Assembly: GCA_043228905.1 (NCBI GenBank)
Contig: JBHGNT010000004.1
Location: forward strand, 19,902,001-19,966,000
Origin: Azolla caroliniana
Taxonomy: Eukaryota > Plantae > Polypodiophyta
DNA: 64,000 nt
Direction: 5' to 3'
The notes beneath the pieces were generated by a model. It was not told the DNA's origin. It did not search any database and saw only the letters and a program-made list of their open reading frames with translations. Made by a program: the position numbers and the translations under genes. Numbering within the stretch: position 1 is the first letter of the stretch; each line of letters begins with the position of its first letter. This document shows positions 51,401-62,986 of the stretch, in pieces.

Positions 51401-54400
51401 TACTCGTTGTATCCGAACCGCAAAACAGGATTCTTCTGGCGGGTAGATCGGCGTAACCTCACATTAGCCGATGTCGAGGCCTTCTCGGTCGACGCGGTCT
51501 TCATCTTTAAAGACCTGTCACCGGTTCCCTCGGAGTCGGACTTGCCTCGGTCTGACTCGTTCCTTTCCGTGCCGGAATCTGACACCTTCTTCTTCCCTTT
51601 CTCTTTGCGCATAAGCCGTCTCCTCGGCTTCCTCCGCGGGGAATGCACGACCGAGTCTCCACTACTCGCCGGCTCTTCATCAAATTGGTCGTACCGACTC
51701 AGTCTTCCAATCGGTCCACCTAACTGGAGTGAAATTGGACTCTCTTTGCGGGTCTCGATTTCGGGCTCATTCGGAGGCATCTCGGCCTCGCTGACCTCTT
51801 CATCAGAGCTCAGATTGGAGTCGAGGTTCGTAGTCGGGGACAGGTACCAGGACGCAGACTCGTCAACCACAACGTCGTGGCTGACACGCGCTTGTTTGGT
51901 GCGAGGGTTATAGCACTTATAACCCTTCTGCTCGTCCGAGTAACTGACCAAGATGCATCTCTCGGCCTTTGCGTCCAGCTTCCTCCTTTTCTCCTTCGGT
52001 ATATGCACATACGCAATGCTATTGAACACCCTCAAGTGTCGTAAGTTCGGCTTCGTTCCGAAGTATAGCTCGTGCGCCGACACCTTGTCTCCGATCCGGT
52101 TCTGGATGTATACCGCGGTCCTTACCGCCTCGGCCCAATAGAACTTGGGCAAGCTCTTCTCCTCCAGCATTGCCCGTGCCGCTTCCACAACTGACCGATT
52201 CTTCCTCTCGGCCACGCCATTCTGCTCCGGCGTGTATCTACAACTGAATTCGCGCCGAATTCCCATTTGTTGTAGATAACCGTTGAATTGACCGGAAAAG
52301 TACTCTTTCCCGCCATCCAACCGTAGACACTTGATCTTTCATCCCGTTTCCGTTTCCACGAACCCTTTGAGGTCCCGGAAACAGTTGAAGACTTCGCTCT
52401 TCCTCTCAATGAGGTAGATCCACGTGTGCCGCGTGTGGTCGTTGATGAAGGAGACGAAATATCGGCTCCCACCAAGACTAACGTTTTGTGCCGGCCCCCA
52501 CACATCGGAGTGTATAAGGTTGAGCTTGTTCCGGCTCCGGTTTCGCTCGTTGGGGAAAGGAAGTCGGTGTTGCTTCCCGAGCTGGCAGGCTTCACAAATT
52601 TGTGCCTTTCGGCCACTAAACTTGGGCAATCCGAACACTACCTGTTTCGATTGCAGATCTTGAAGCCGCTGGTAGTTGACGTGGCCTATCCGCTTGTGCC
52701 ACAAGTCGATGTCCGACTCGACTTTTTGTCCCTTTGCGAACATTGCGGTGCCGCCGTCAGTGGAGTCGAGTATGAACATCCTCCCGTCTCTGCGCCCTTG
52801 CGCAATCACACGACCTTCTTCCTCAATGAAGCACCCGAGGTGTGTAAACCGAACCTCCATCCCTTGGTCGACGATCTGTCCGACCGAGACCAAGTTCTTC
52901 GTGATTGTCGGAATGTGCAGCACGTTCATGAGTTTCCCTTTCTGCCCGACATGGCTAAGGGGAACTTCTCCGACATTCGCGATCGGATGCGGAGTGTCGT
53001 CTCCAGTTGTGACTACTCCAGGTTGTATCGGTTTTTCAAGGTACGAGAACCACTCCTTATGGCTCGTCATGTGGTTTGACGCGCCGGAGTCTACGTACCA
53101 CACCTCGTCCGATCTCGGGGTGGTTCGTTTCATTGAGTTTGCTTCGTGTCTCGTCACGAAGGCAGACCCTTCTCCGGCTCTTCCGGAGTCTTCGGCGTAG
53201 TGCGATCGCTGCCGATTTCCCTTGTCGGTATGTCTGAAGCCGTTTCCGGAACCGGTTCTCTCCGACTCAGCGCGCTTCTTCCAGCACTCACTTTCCCTGT
53301 GGCCTTTCTTGCCACAGTACTAGCACTCTGTGATGGCCTTCCCTTGCCGGTTCTCATCGCTTCGACTCCCCCTGTTTCCGGAGGGTCCGGAGTTGTTGTC
53401 GGCATCACTTCGGTGCCTTCTTCCTTGATCTCGTCGGCCGCCTCCATTGCGCGCCGACTCGCCTCGTCCTCCACGTCCACGGGGCCTATCTCCCTCCGTG
53501 TACAACATTCTGCTGTCGGTGTGCGTGCTTGTAGACGCACCCGCGTGGTTCTCCTCTACCAGGAGCATTGACTATAAGTCGAAAAAGGACGACGTATTCT
53601 CCCGGGTACACACAGCCGTTCGGAACGCTCCGAACTTCGACGCCAAACCTCTGAGACAGATCTAGACCATCTCACTCTCCTCGATGTTTACCTCTATGGA
53701 GGCAAGGGAGTCACAAATATCCTTGATCTTCGAGGTATAGTTCGCCACCGACAAGTCGCGTTGTCGTAGGTTGCTCATCTCCTGTCGGAGCTGAAGCTTC
53801 CTGGCTGTGGTGCTCGCGGCGAAAATCTTCTTCAGATTTTCCCACGCACCCTTCGGCATCTTTGCATCCCGAACATAGCTCAATAGCTGTTCACCCACAC
53901 ACGACGCGAAGCAGTATAATACCCTGCTCGCCGATTGCTCCCACGACGGGAAGTCTCTGTGTGTCGATTCGGGTACCGCGTCATTAGCTCCTTCGACATA
54001 ACTCCAGTAGCCGTGCCCGAGCAGGTACTGGTGCATCTTGTAGGACCAAGACACGTAGTTGGTTCTGTCGAGCTTCTCTGTTGGAAGCGAGCTCGCCATG
54101 CCTCTATCCATCGTTCTTCTTGTTCTTCTTCGTCAAGCTGTGTCGGCTGCAGAGAGGTTCTCAACCCTCGCGCTCTGATACCATGTAGAAAGTAGCGTGC
54201 GGAAGCAAGTATAAAGACAGAACAGAAGGGAGAATACTCAGGTTTAATGGAGAGCTTGAGCTTACACAGTATACGCAGTAGAGACCGAGAGAGTTTGAGA
54301 GGAGACACCAAAAGGAAGGTATATCATTAAAGACAAAAAACAACAATACATATATGTGTTCAATGAACAGTTTGTACAAGCCCTAGAAGGACTGACTGGA

Positions 54401-54560
54401 GTACTGACAGTACTTCAATGCTCATTAAGAGCTCCTACACTAACTCCCAAATATATTCCTCACGGAATATCTTTCCTAACGGCCTGACCGATCGGTCCCA
54501 GTCGATCCGGTCCTCGGCTTCTTCAGCCGATCCGACCGATGTTGAGCTTGTCTCTCAACA
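48479..54560 (-). mobile_element. Young full-length Ty1/copia element
   Basis: 377-bp LTRs at 48479-48855 and 54184-54560, with 3 mismatches seen. Perfect TSD ACCTA. iMet PBS at 54172-54183. PPT at 48856-48867. Confidence 0.97.
49380..54111 (-). pseudogene. Copia gag-pol with a few stops and an internal ~425-bp duplication
   Basis: MDRGMASSLPTEKLDRTNY gag, WYVDSGASNHM, DGGKEY, QMDVKNAFLQG, YVDDL, NPVFHARTKHIEVHYH. Confidence 0.95.
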
Positions 54561-54740
54561 ACCTACATAGACCGCATCGGACTTCGAGGACCTCGACACA
54601 AACCTCAACTTAGAGCACCATGACAACAACCTTGATTCCTGATACCATGTCCTCAAAGAAGACAGAGCAATCGGATTCCATGTATGTTTTTTGTCGATTG
54701 TACAAACTTTTTACAACCAACACACACTTTGATCACACAT

Positions 54741-55053
54741 TGTACACTAAATCGATACAACGTATTGAGTTGGTGTACATAAGCCATAGTATGCACACCA
54801 ACTTGATACAATATCGAAAAAACAAGACTTTTTACAACCAACTCGATACAATGTATTGAGTTGGTGTGCATACTATGGCTTATGTACACCAACTGGATAC
54901 ATTGTATGAGTTGGTGTTAAAAAGTAGTGTTATGTACACCAACTTGATACAAAAAAGTAGTGTTATGCACACCAACTCGATACATTGTATCAAGTTGGTG
55001 TTAAAAAGTAGGGTTATGTACACCAACTAGATACATTGTATCGAGTTTCTGTG
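54741..55053. repeat. Array of ~31-bp palindromes CACCAACTCGATACA(T/A)TGTATCGAGTTGGTG
   Basis: About five full copies (near 54741, 54837, 54886, 54969, 55020) and two half copies (near 54795, 54936). The spacers are also related by inversion. Confidence 0.9.
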
Positions 55054-57200
55054 CATAATATGTCCTTGTGTGCAGTTTAGGGCTATTTAAATCCTTTTTA
55101 TTAGTAAAGTAAGGCCAAAATGTAGATTTTTAGTCTACTATTTTACACTATTGTCATTTACATAGAGTAAAAACTTCTAGCTTGACTAGTTCTTAGAAGC
55201 CAATTTTGGTCACTAAAACCTTTAATTAATGCCTTGTTTAGTGTTTTGGCCATGATTGAGGTTGTGAATGAGTCTTTCGAAAGGTAAGTCACAACAATTT
55301 CTATTTACCATGCTCATAGATTTTATAAAATGTGTGTATATATATATATATACTAGATAGAATAATACCATGATATAAAGATAAATGTACTATGATAGAA
55401 TAATTTTAGTTGTCCATGCTTAGATCATTTTCAACTATGTTCTTACCATTAAGTCTACCGAAAATCAACATGGATGTGTTGTAAAGAAGTTCTGAATAAA
55501 ATACCAAAGCTCCCCAGGAGAGACAATGAAATTTAAAGAGATTACACACTCTCAAAAGCCCAAGAAATTGTTTTTTGATGAAGACTTGACTGGTGCGCCA
55601 TCTAATGAATTGAGCCAAATGAATCTTTTGGGTGCAAAATCTGATAAAGAGATTGCCTGATAGAGACATCACCGATTATGAGTGGGCAATGCAGTACATA
55701 GACTATGGCAAAAGAGTAGTGTTGTTAACCGCGCGAAACAAGGGTCATGACCAACTAGCAAAGGACCGCCCATTCAGTTATGGGAGGCTTTTGCGTTTAG
55801 ACTACGAAGACCCAGGCTCCAACACTTTAATATTACTTGTAGATTGTTGTTCAAAGGGGGTCCGAAAGATGTATGTTTCATAAGATCGGTTGGTGAAAGA
55901 GTCATGTGGGCCCGAATCCTTTAAGGAGGCAATTGAAACTATGGCTTCATTAATTTTAAACAGTTTGGTTCGGTTTTTATTATGAATAAATGGTTTGGTT
56001 TGGTTTCAAGGCTAAGAAACCGAACTGAACCAGGCCCATTGCTACATGTAAATGTATGTGGGTGTGTATGTATATGGGCGAATGCATGAAAAAAGCTATG
56101 TATGTGGTGGAATAATGTAGTTATTTATGTGCAATTAATTATTTTCATATGTATAACTCCGTGGACATGTCTTTTTTATTTTTATGGGTATATGTGAATT
56201 TAGGCATGTATGCGACTACGTAAGTGTGTTTTTGTGTGTATAGTTGTGCTTGTCTATGATAGCCTATGTGTGTGTATGCGCATGTGTAAGCGTTTTGTTT
56301 TTAATTGTGTATGTGGAATTGTATGCTAGTAAAGTTGGGGAAAGGGTGGTGGTTTGGTTTTTATTAAAAAGAGAGGGTATTTTGGGAGCATAAGATTCCC
56401 TCAGTTTTGAGGGTAGAGTTCAAAGGGGGGGTGTCTCACATAATGCTATTAGATCAATTATTTTGGTTAAATAGCGTAACAACATGAGATCAACTTGGAT
56501 AGAAAGTCTCTATTGAAGGTTAAGGTAGGGTTTAATAATCGTAAAGAAACACAAGCAATAAAGCATTAAGAAGTAATAGATATGTTTTGACAGTCATAAG
56601 GTCTAGATGAAAATCCAAGAAGTTATGATGAAGCAACTAGGTTGCTTGACATGGGACCAAGTGATTGAAGAATATCCATTGACGTTGTCATGAAGGATTC
56701 TGGCCATAGGAAGAAAACAGAACCGGATGCGCATGAACGGGGGTGCGCACGGATGCACACGAAAATTGTGTTTATGTACAAACATGTGTAAATAATATAG
56801 TATTAGTTGAATATTGAGGAATACTAGGTAGAAGGAATCTTATAAGTACTTTATGGTCACATGGATAGAGGAATAAAGGGGATTGACGGGAGGAGATCAA
56901 GGAGAGAATCTGGGATAGAAAAGCAGTTGTCTTAACAACATGATGTAACGATCTCTCCCTCATTGAACTATAAAAGGAGGGAGAGAAGACTGAGGAAGGG
57001 ATCTGCATTTTAGGAGGAGGGAAGTGATGCCGGTTTGCAATTAGGAGCTCTGTTGGTTCCCGGTGCTGTTATGTGTATCCATCTAGTGTTGTGGAGGCCT
57101 CTACTCGAGTAGGAAGCTCGTGGGTTAGTGTCTCTCTTCTTATTTGCATTCTAGAATTGTAGTATATTTCTTTGTTTAACTATTTTAATACTATTTTCAG

Positions 57201-58224
57201 TGGGCATTAGAAACCATGCCGAAACAAGAAACCAGGAGAAGTAAAAGACATCCATGATTTCCCAACGTCGTTTCTTGCTCACCTCGAAATGGCCCGGAAG
57301 GAAAAGGATCGTTGCTTAGTAAGAGCATATGATGTGGAGGATGATGGGACCTTCAAAAAATTTAGCCACAAGAAAGACATCACACGCGAATTATATTATG
57401 ATATTGTGGTGATGTGGCCGACATGAACCAAAAATTACCAAGAAAAGACTATACGTTGTTGATTGTTGACATATCATATGGTTTTAGAATGGCAGGATCA
57501 ACGTACGACGACGAACCTTTTAGGTTCAAGCAACAAGAGAAAATGGTGAAGGATTTCTCAAAAATGACGACTGCGTCCTTGTGGAGAATTGTAATATTTC
57601 ATAGTATGGACCAAGGCTACTTAGTTGCACAAGCGTTGAGATCTCGTTGTCACGGTCTCAAGAGCCTGGCATGGTATGGATACATGTCGACTACTTGAAT
57701 TTATATTTTGCTAAAGGTTGATTCATGCTAAATTTGATATCATGTGTCTTGTGGTTATTTCGTTGTCATGTGCAGGATAAAAACCAATATAAATAGAGGA
57801 CAAACATTTAGATTTGTGAATGCGATCGAATATGTAATTGTAGGATATTTTGATGAGATTAGAAAACAACGAATCAAATTGAATCTGTTGGTGTATCCAA
57901 CAATTACACGCAAATTGTGACATGTCACCACATGGTCTTGTCAACCTATATCAGAAGCCTCAATGACTCATTATGCACCTTCTAGAAATGTTCTCAAATG
58001 AAGGAGATTGGATATTGTATTTATTCTCAAGCACTAATAAAGTTTTATATAATGTATACTATGGTTTAAATAATTAAAATAACCTTGTAACTCGGTTAAA
58101 GCAATCGTCATTTTATTTTCGTGATAGGTGCTAGATCAACATGTGCTTTGAAGCTTTTTCACAATACTGTTGCACTGGAGAAAGACGATGAACAAGTCAG
58201 TTTCATTAACATGAGGATTAAAGA
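57201..58224 (+). pseudogene. Intron-containing beta-class amino-DNA methyltransferase (N6-adenine/N4-cytosine, N6_N4_Mtase-like), decayed
   Basis: Exons 57201-57673, 57776-58036 and 58128-58224 translate, with frameshifts and stops, to CGDVADMNQKLPRKDYTLLIVDISYG (motif IV, DPPY-like), LAW|IKTN...EYVIVGYF, VNLYQKPQ*LIMHLLEMFSNEGDWILYLFSST|G (motifs X and I) and CALKLFHNTVALEKDDEQVSFINMRI. The order IV...X-I is that of the beta class. Confidence 0.82.
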
Positions 58225-58415
58225 TGTTGAGTGGACAAGCTCAACCGGATCCTGATCGGCTAAATAAGCTAGAGCCGGATCGGAGTCCAGAATGAAGGAC
58301 CGGATCAGTGTCTAGATGGTATCCGGAACCAGGAGCCGGATCTGACTATAATCAGTAGGCTGCTAGAGGCCTATGAATCTAGCCTAGTACGTTCTCGCGG
58401 AAATCCGCGGGTACG
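58225..58415 (+). mobile_element. Copia LTR fragment truncating the methyltransferase
   Basis: TGTTGAGTGGACAAGCTC...GAGGCCTATGAATCTAGCCTAGTAC is similar to the reverse complement of the LTR segment 2590-2742. Confidence 0.7.
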
Positions 58416-59065
58416 TGTTAGATCCAGGGCGGGACCACTGGGGTCTTGGACCTAAGAGACACAGAACATAGAAGGTCAAGCTTCACCGTTTTAGGCGACT
58501 GACTAGGACACTGACTAGAGCGTTTCGGGATATGTACCGGACACAACCGAATGAGAGAAAGAGAGAAAAGAACACACACGCAACATCGACTCAACACACG
58601 TTTCCTATGTACAGAAACCGGAAAGAAAGAACACACCCGACACCAATAGAGACACATAAATGCACAAACCTTCGTAAATATATTTACAAGAGCAAGATAC
58701 AACTCTGGCTTCGAGCCGGAGTTAGGTAGATTAGGTTACACCAACTGTATGTTGCCAAGCCGCCGGTTGGGGAGATCTTGGGCTCGTCATGCCGAGCGGG
58801 ATCTTGCACAGGAGATAGAGTAGAAACAAAACTGCTAGTACATGTGAGCTCTAAACCAGATCAAACCCTTAACAGACACAAAGACTCAACCCACGTGATG
58901 ACGAAGAAGAAGACATAATGAAACCCTAAAAGAAAGTAAGAAGAAAAGACTACCATACCCTAGATCTAACGGTATACCCTCTTAAATCAAAATGGGCAAC
59001 TCCTTAACAAGAGACCCCTCCCTCCTTTTATAGTCCACGGAGAGAAGAACGTTACAATGTGGGAA
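58416..59065 (-). mobile_element. Truncated LTR related to the tRNA-Trp family
   Basis: Shares GGCGGGACCAC..GGGTCTTGGAC, GCTTCGAGCCGGA, AAAATGGGCAAC and TACAATGTGGGA with the LTR at 12166-12900. Confidence 0.75.
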
Positions 59066-59269
59066 TATCATCCATGCATTTTATGAGATAGACAATTCAT
59101 AGTTTGCAATTAACACACACAAGTAGGCACAGGAAGAGGGCTTGATGTAGAATATAGTGACAATTCCCATGATATAGAATATGCTCCTTCATCACGGGTT
59201 ACTCATGGGTTGTCTTGCTCCTCACAAAACTAACATAGAAGAATCGATCATTTGTATGGACGTCATATG

Positions 59270-60090
59270 TAGCCAAGGCATTTATAACTTGAAGAAAGAA
59301 TTTACATTTGCTTCGATTTTGGTCCATGTTGACATAGAAAAGTCATTTATCATAGAAGTAGATGCATCATATTTTACACTAGGCAGTGTTTTAAATAGCG
59401 CACGATGAGAAATTGCGTCCAGTTGCATTTCATTCAAGAAAATTCGAACCTACATAAATCAATTATGAAATCCATGACAAATAATTATTGGCAATGGTTG
59501 ATTCTTTCAAGCAATGGTGCCACTCATTGGAAGGTTCTCATCACCAAATTATTATTTACAACGAGCATAAGAACCTCACATACTTTCAAAATGCTCAAGT
59601 CCTAAATCAATGAGAAGTTCGGTGGGCACAATTTTTGACACAATTCAACTTTGTGATAGTATTACATATGGTAGAGTTTGCTTACAATAATTCAATCCAT
59701 TCTTCTATGGGATTCTCATCATTCTTTGAAAATACGGGATGTCATCCTCATTGGATGATGCTCAAATATCCAAAAGTCTCAAACAATTCGTTAGGATCGT
59801 CTAGAACAACTCAAAGAAATTCAAGCAAAGCTTTCTAATCATTTGCTTCATGCTCAAGACAAGTACAAGACAATCACAAATAGACATCGCTTAGATTTTG
59901 CACTCGGGAAACCGAAGTTTCAAGTTGGTGATCATGTATGGTATTACGTTGTAATGTGAAAACTACTGGGCCCTGTGACAAATTGGATATTAAGTACATT
60001 TGTAATCTATAATCAAGTCAACAATGTTACATTTCATTTGGTCCTACCTTCACATATGCTCTTTATCCAATATTTCATGTTTCATTGAAA
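59270..60090 (+). mobile_element. Ty3/gypsy (chromovirus-like) RNaseH / integrase remnant
   Basis: FIIEVDASYFTLGSVL, PVAFHSRKF, INYEIHDK, HKNLTYF, RWAQFL, VEFAYNNSIHSS. Confidence 0.8.
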
Positions 60091-60499
60091 CTAGAGCTGT
60101 TATCTATGGGACAAAAGGCATGAGATGTGAAATGAATCTAAAGAGATGAGTAAGTTAATTAGGTAAACAGGGAATCAACCGAGCACTCATAGCCGAGGAA
60201 GGTAGAACGAAATACATGCAGTTGAGAATAAAGGTCAGGAAATAGGAGGAAGTAGCTGAAGCGGGCCAAGGAGAGAACAAGCTATATAAATCGTGGAATA
60301 GTAGAGCGAAAAAAAGGGGGAATATATGCATATGCTATGATATAGAAGAAAGAGAGAATGACTAATATAATTGGCTTGTCTTCCTTGCAATCAATTTTAT
60401 CCAGTAATCAATATACATGTTTTTTGGGTCATCTTTGTGTTTATTCCGTAAGCTGTACTTTCGATTATATTATTGCTAAGGCGTAAGTGGAACACCGGT

Positions 60500-62986
60500 T
60501 ATGGCCGGTTATTGGGTAACTAATAGACTTCCTCGGCCCTATCATACTCTCCTACGTAACCACGATTCCTTGACCCGATTACTCAGGGAGTAATCGAAGG
60601 TGTAATCCCGAGGAATTTACGACGTTTTAGGACGCCCGCAATCGATTCCTAGAACTTTTCCACCGCAAGATACCTAAGCGAGAACTGCTTCGCCAGTTCT
60701 ACGCTATTGCACATGAACCGCATGAAACAGTTTCCCACTTTACGATCCACTTCCAGGATCTCTATCGGCAACTCGCGCAAGATGTGTGTGCCAATAATTT
60801 AAAAGATGCATTCCTAGCAAGACTATGAGAGCCTTTGTGCACGACTCTCATCTCTATCGGCAACTCGCGCAAGATGTGTCTGCTAATCATTTAAAAGATA
60901 CATTCCTAGCAAGACTACGAGAGCCTCTGTGCACGACTCTCGCCTTGACCGACTTCTCAAAGCAGACAATTGAGTAGGTGGTCGCCCGTTGTCGTGAAGA
61001 AAACCGTCCCCGGGCGCAAACCGTGTATAGTGTGTGTGAACCGGCCCTTACATGTGGGCACGTCCCTTGTCGTATAGTAGATAGGTAGGCACAAAGGTTA
61101 AATCCTAGGTAGCAATATTCTGTAAAGGAAATCGAGGAGTATCTCTATCCTTTCGGACAGAGAATTAATGTGATGTAAACGGGCAAGGCGGCCTCCCTCC
61201 TTGAGCTATAAAAGAGAGGGAGACGAGGGGTAGAAGGTATCGTGCGCTAGAGGGAACGAAGTGCTGTCGGACTGGGACCAAGCTCTTCTTCTCTGTCATT
61301 CTCCATAGCCTTCTTTGCGCAGGCTCTCGGGAGGCTGACTCTGTTCCATGGAACGCTCGTGTGCTTCCGGCAGAATCTCTATCTTGCTCTCCTGTGTGCG
61401 TGGGTGATCAGGCGCCGACATCCGTCTCGCCGACCTGGTCGGCTGTATCAGTTCGAGTCATCTGCATACATATATTTATACACACGTTCTTATACTCTAT
61501 CTCCTGCCCAACTCGTGTCTCTTGTGCTGATTGGGCTGCGTTCCTGCGCGCTTCTTTGTCTATCCGTGTGTGAGCGTCTCTCTCTCTCTCTCTCCCCTTT
61601 CGCTTCCTCACCTATTCCTCGGTCCAAGACCCCAGTGGTCCCGCCTCGTTCTCCATGCATGCGTGTAGCAACGCGACACCGTGTCCTTGTTGTGGACAGA
61701 GCCCATCATAGTACCTCTTTTACGATGGGATCACTCCAAAACACCTTGCTGACCTACGAAGAAACCCAATTTCGGCAGGCTCTCCAATGTACGACATGCT
61801 CAAAATCCGGCCACTCGGCCGTGGATTGCCTTCTTCGTCCACACTGCTTGATCTGCCACTCACGGGTGCATACGATGGAGCAGTGTGAATATAATATGCT
61901 CAACCATACAACCACCACTCTCGTATGACAAATAGAGCCCTGCCATGATCATCCTTTACAAGATGATTGTGAGCATCCACAATCTACGAATAGAGATGCC
62001 GAGTGGCCTTGGTGAGGACCGTCCTCGACGTGAAGATCGCTACAGACCCAAGGAGGATCACTATCGTTGGGACAATAGGTACTGGCCTGAAGAAGAACAT
62101 TATCGGCCAGATGATCGGCCTCAGGACGACCGTTACCGATAAAGAGAAGACCCTTATCACCCAGTAGAGGACTACTATTATGACTACGATCGGGATGACT
62201 ATTACAAACCAAGATATGAAAGGCACGATCAACAACCTCCCCATAATAGTCGAGGTCCTCGACAATCGGGAAATAATCGACGACCACTAGATAATCGCCG
62301 TCGGGACCCATCGCACCCCGATCATCGTTGGCCGCCCCCTCACACCGAGCCTCAGGATGATCACCACTGTGCGCAGTAGTATGACGCGTCACCTCGGGAA
62401 GAAACCTCCCGACCTCACCCAACAAATCAATTCGAGCAAGGGGAATCAAGCAACTCGGCTCCAATTACTTGATTTAACTGTAATCAACTGCGGCATTATG
62501 CCACCCATTATCCGGCCAATGATCGCGACAAAGGGCTTGGAGTCAATATCATTACCGTTGAGGTTCAACAGGTCACAACTAGGATCAAGGCACAATCCAC
62601 ACAATGGGACATCTAGGATGACGTCCATCAAGCCGCAAAAGAATGGATCGAGAAAGCAAATAATGCAAACGTCAACCGTATGCATACTGAAATGCAATAT
62701 ATCATTGTGGGTACGTTAGTCTCCTCACAACCCACTGGGTCGTCGGATGACGACCCCATTTGGTAGGCACTCACCAGTTGCTAGATATCCACGCCCCTAA
62801 ATAAGTTCCTGCACTTACTTCCACGGTTCAAGGACACGATGTACCAGCAAGGAGCAGGCGACTATGCTCGTGCACCTTGTCGAGCCGAGGGAAGGTCCAC
62901 CACTAATGGAGTAACAAAACCCACCTGTAAAGATCGTTATTAAAGGGGGGGAGGTTCATGACTGCATTATCGATGGGGGATCTAGG
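60500..62986 (+). mobile_element. Decayed gypsy-type gag-protease region, interrupted by a solo LTR
   Basis: Zinc knuckles CTTCSKSGHSAVDC and CLICHSRVHTMEQC, an EDRYR-repeat region, and the protease-like CIIDGGS at ~62963. Confidence 0.7.
60990..61678 (+). mobile_element. Solo LTR of the TGTCG...CGACA family with a 4-bp TSD
   Basis: Ends TGTCGTG...CGCGACA, TSD CCGT/CCGT. Excision restores the host frame VVARVLVVDRA. The 3' end matches the reverse complement of the 12166 LTR start. Confidence 0.9.

Noticed and set aside
48168-54650. Small LTR-like host around the young copia (TATA at ~48243; PBS-like CTGATACCA at ~54639)
   Set aside because: No matching TSD or second LTR could be defined.
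54741-55053. CRISPR-like appearance of spaced palindromic repeats
   Set aside because: The spacers are short and repeat each other, there are no cas genes, and the context is eukaryotic.
57201-58224. Bacterial contamination as the source of the methyltransferase
   Set aside because: It has intron-like interruptions at codon-consistent positions and is flanked and truncated by plant LTR sequences.
60098-60494. Possible solo LTR (TGTTA...GAACA with a TATA box)
   Set aside because: The flanks (GAGC / CCGG) do not form a TSD, so the boundaries are unsupported.
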